Source: a virus (Duplodnaviria; Caudoviricetes). Taken from it: a stretch of 37,585 nucleotides of DNA. Under the pieces are notes generated by a model. The model worked only from the letters and a program-made list of their open reading frames with translations, was not told the origin of the DNA and made no database searches. Numbering within the stretch: position 1 is the first letter of the stretch; each line of letters begins with the position of its first letter. Location of the stretch: the IMG/VR virus record IMGVR_UViG_3300017560_000305, positions 1 through 37,585 of that record, one strand, 5' to 3'. Positions 36,019 through 37,585 of this stretch are shown here, piece after piece. Made by a program: the position numbers and the translations under genes.

Positions 36019-36034
36019 CCTTTAAATTTATGCC

Positions 36035-37585
36035 ATGTTGCACGCTGTAGGTTACGCCAGACTGTCCGATAAAAAAGAGGCATCGTCTTCGATTCCCTCC
36101 CAAAAGAGACGGATACAAGAATATTGCGATCATCACGGAATCCAATTAGAACAGATATTCACCGACGACGGCAAAAGCGGATGGACCTTTGACCGCCCGG
36201 GATTCAAAGAACTGGAAAAATTTTGCCGTGCTAACAAAAAAGTATCACTGCTTATCATACCCCATTTTGACCGATTCTCTCGCGCAGACCCGGTTGATGC
36301 CATGGTCAAGGATCGATACTTCCGGGACAAGCTGGGCGTAAAAGTGCTGCAGGTGACAGAACACCCGTCGACCAATACTGAGGATAGTATGTTTCAGCTC
36401 ATGCGTTTTATGCAAGCATTCGCAGCAAACGAAGAGCGTAACAGGATAGTTGACCGGATAAAAAACGGGTACCGGTACCGGGCAAGTCAAGGCCGTTATA
36501 CCGGCAGACCTCCGTTCGGGTATAAGGTGGTAAAAGCAGAGGGGAAGATTACGGAGATGGTAATCGACGAGGAACGGGTCGAGGCGGTAAAGGCAGTATT
36601 TTATTCGTTCTTATCTGGCACACCTATCGAGCAAATAAGAAAAATAGCCAGGGAAAAAGGTTACAAGGGGCAGGGTAATTCTGTTATCCAAAAGATGCTG
36701 GTTAATCCCTTGTATGCTGGGCTCGTCCAAGTTCCGGCGTACAAAGATATGCCGGCTAAATTGGTGCAAGGAGTACATAAGGCTATCATCACAGAACAAC
36801 AATATTGGGAAATACAGCAACGTCTGGCGGAGAGCAAGCGTACACACGAGATCAGGGAAGAAGTACCATTACGCGGCGTGCTTAAGTGCTACATCTGTGG
36901 TCGACCAATGACCGCGGCACCATCAAAAGGCAGGCACGGTAAATGGTATTGGTACTACTTCTGTAACAATGATCGTAAGTGGAACTTCTCAGCAAAAAAA
37001 TTGCACGATCAACTCAAACAGATATTAGAATCAATCAGTATTACCGGACCGGCATACGACAAGCTCAAGACGCGGATTTCTTCAGAACTCAATAAACGCG
37101 TCAGTACACAAACCAGGGAATTGATGCAAGTTGATTTGCAATTGCAGAAGGCGGAACGATCATTATTAAAACTGGAAGAACGCTATTTACTTAATCCAGA
37201 TGTATCGCAGGAAGCATACAAAAATGTATTGGCTGAAAAGCGCGAAGAGATTTCGGTACTCGCCGAACGCCGCCGTTTGCTTAACACCAATGCCGCAGAG
37301 TTTTTGTCGAAACTAGACTACTATCTTCAGAAATCGGCATCTCTTTATACAGTGTATGAAAGCTTTGATTTGGCAGGGAAACAAAACTTCCTTCGCCAAG
37401 GGTTCGGTTGGAATTTGTCATACTTTGGGGGGAGTTACCGAACCCCTTTTTTGCTGCCTATCTTTATGCTGAAAGGTCCGCTGGAAGCGGGTTTGCCGCT
37501 GATCATTGAAAATAAGAAACCGCCCGAAGGCGGCTTTAAAGGTGCTGTAGCCCGTAGGGGAATCGAACCCCTGTTCTCAGAATGA
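36035..37585 (+). CDS. Large serine recombinase (integrase)
   Basis: YARLS catalytic motif, D.GKSG..RPG, DRFSR, PPFGY, NPLYAG, zinc ribbon C..C..YYFC, coiled coil. Confidence 0.93.
   Translation: MLHAVGYARLSDKKEASSSIPSQKRRIQEYCDHHGIQLEQIFTDDGKSGWTFDRPGFKELEKFCRANKKVSLLIIPHFDRFSRADPVDAMVKDRYFRDKLGVKVLQVTEHPSTNTEDSMFQLMRFMQAFAANEERNRIVDRIKNGYRYRASQGRYTGRPPFGYKVVKAEGKITEMVIDEERVEAVKAVFYSFLSGTPIEQIRKIAREKGYKGQGNSVIQKMLVNPLYAGLVQVPAYKDMPAKLVQGVHKAIITEQQYWEIQQRLAESKRTHEIREEVPLRGVLKCYICGRPMTAAPSKGRHGKWYWYYFCNNDRKWNFSAKKLHDQLKQILESISITGPAYDKLKTRISSELNKRVSTQTRELMQVDLQLQKAERSLLKLEERYLLNPDVSQEAYKNVLAEKREEISVLAERRRLLNTNAAEFLSKLDYYLQKSASLYTVYESFDLAGKQNFLRQGFGWNLSYFGGSYRTPFLLPIFMLKGPLEAGLPLIIENKKPPEGGFKGAVARRGIEPLFSE
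37510..37537 (-). terminator. Terminator downstream of the tRNA, embedded in the integrase ORF
   Basis: Minus strand AAAGCCGCC-TTCG-GGCGGTTT-CTTATTT with a cUUCGg tetraloop. Confidence 0.7.
37548..37585 (-). tRNA. 3' half of a tRNA, probably tRNA-Glu (cut by the window edge); likely att core
   Basis: Reverse complement TC-AT-TCTGA-GAAC-AGGGG-TTCGATT-CCCCT-ACGGGCT-A: anticodon NTC, T-arm and acceptor strand. Confidence 0.82.

Larger units (their letters stand above)
1..37585. mobile_element. Temperate prophage (siphovirus-like, probable Bacteroidota host); right end at a tRNA, left att not visible in the window
   Basis: Repressor/Cro pair, replication module, terminase, capsid/tail/portal, lysis genes and serine recombinase, almost all on the + strand with frequent ATGA/GTGA coupling. 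Confidence 0.95.

Overview
The window is a near-complete temperate, siphovirus-like prophage. The host is probably Bacteroidota, judged from TAnnTTTG promoters, A-rich SD-less leaders and a Bacteroidota-type tRNA-Glu fragment. Left to right it carries: a repressor/Cro switch; small early genes; an APSE-like replication module (DUF2800 nuclease, DUF2815 SSB, family A DNA polymerase, VapE primase-helicase, VRR-NUC, SNF2); a sigma-like late regulator; a glycosyltransferase/acyltransferase cassette; terminase; tail and head genes in an unusual order; a lysis cassette; and a large serine recombinase whose ORF runs antisense into the 3' half of a tRNA (att site). The main discovery is a diversity-generating retroelement (DGR) inside the replication module. 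One template repeat (8295-8356) and one RT (8462-9430) match FOUR variable repeats in four small paralogous soluble genes spread over 6.5 kb. I count 55 mismatches, all at template adenines. There is no recognisable avd gene and no tail-fibre target. Other signals: a stem enclosing the TR, a four-copy TG(G/T)ACA-N15-C(C/T)ACT(A/T) late promoter that may give leaderless mRNAs, a poly-C frameshift in a methyltransferase-like gene, a T9 -1 frameshift gene, and an iteron-like TGTTGCC array. All family assignments are from motif recognition by eye; no database search was run.
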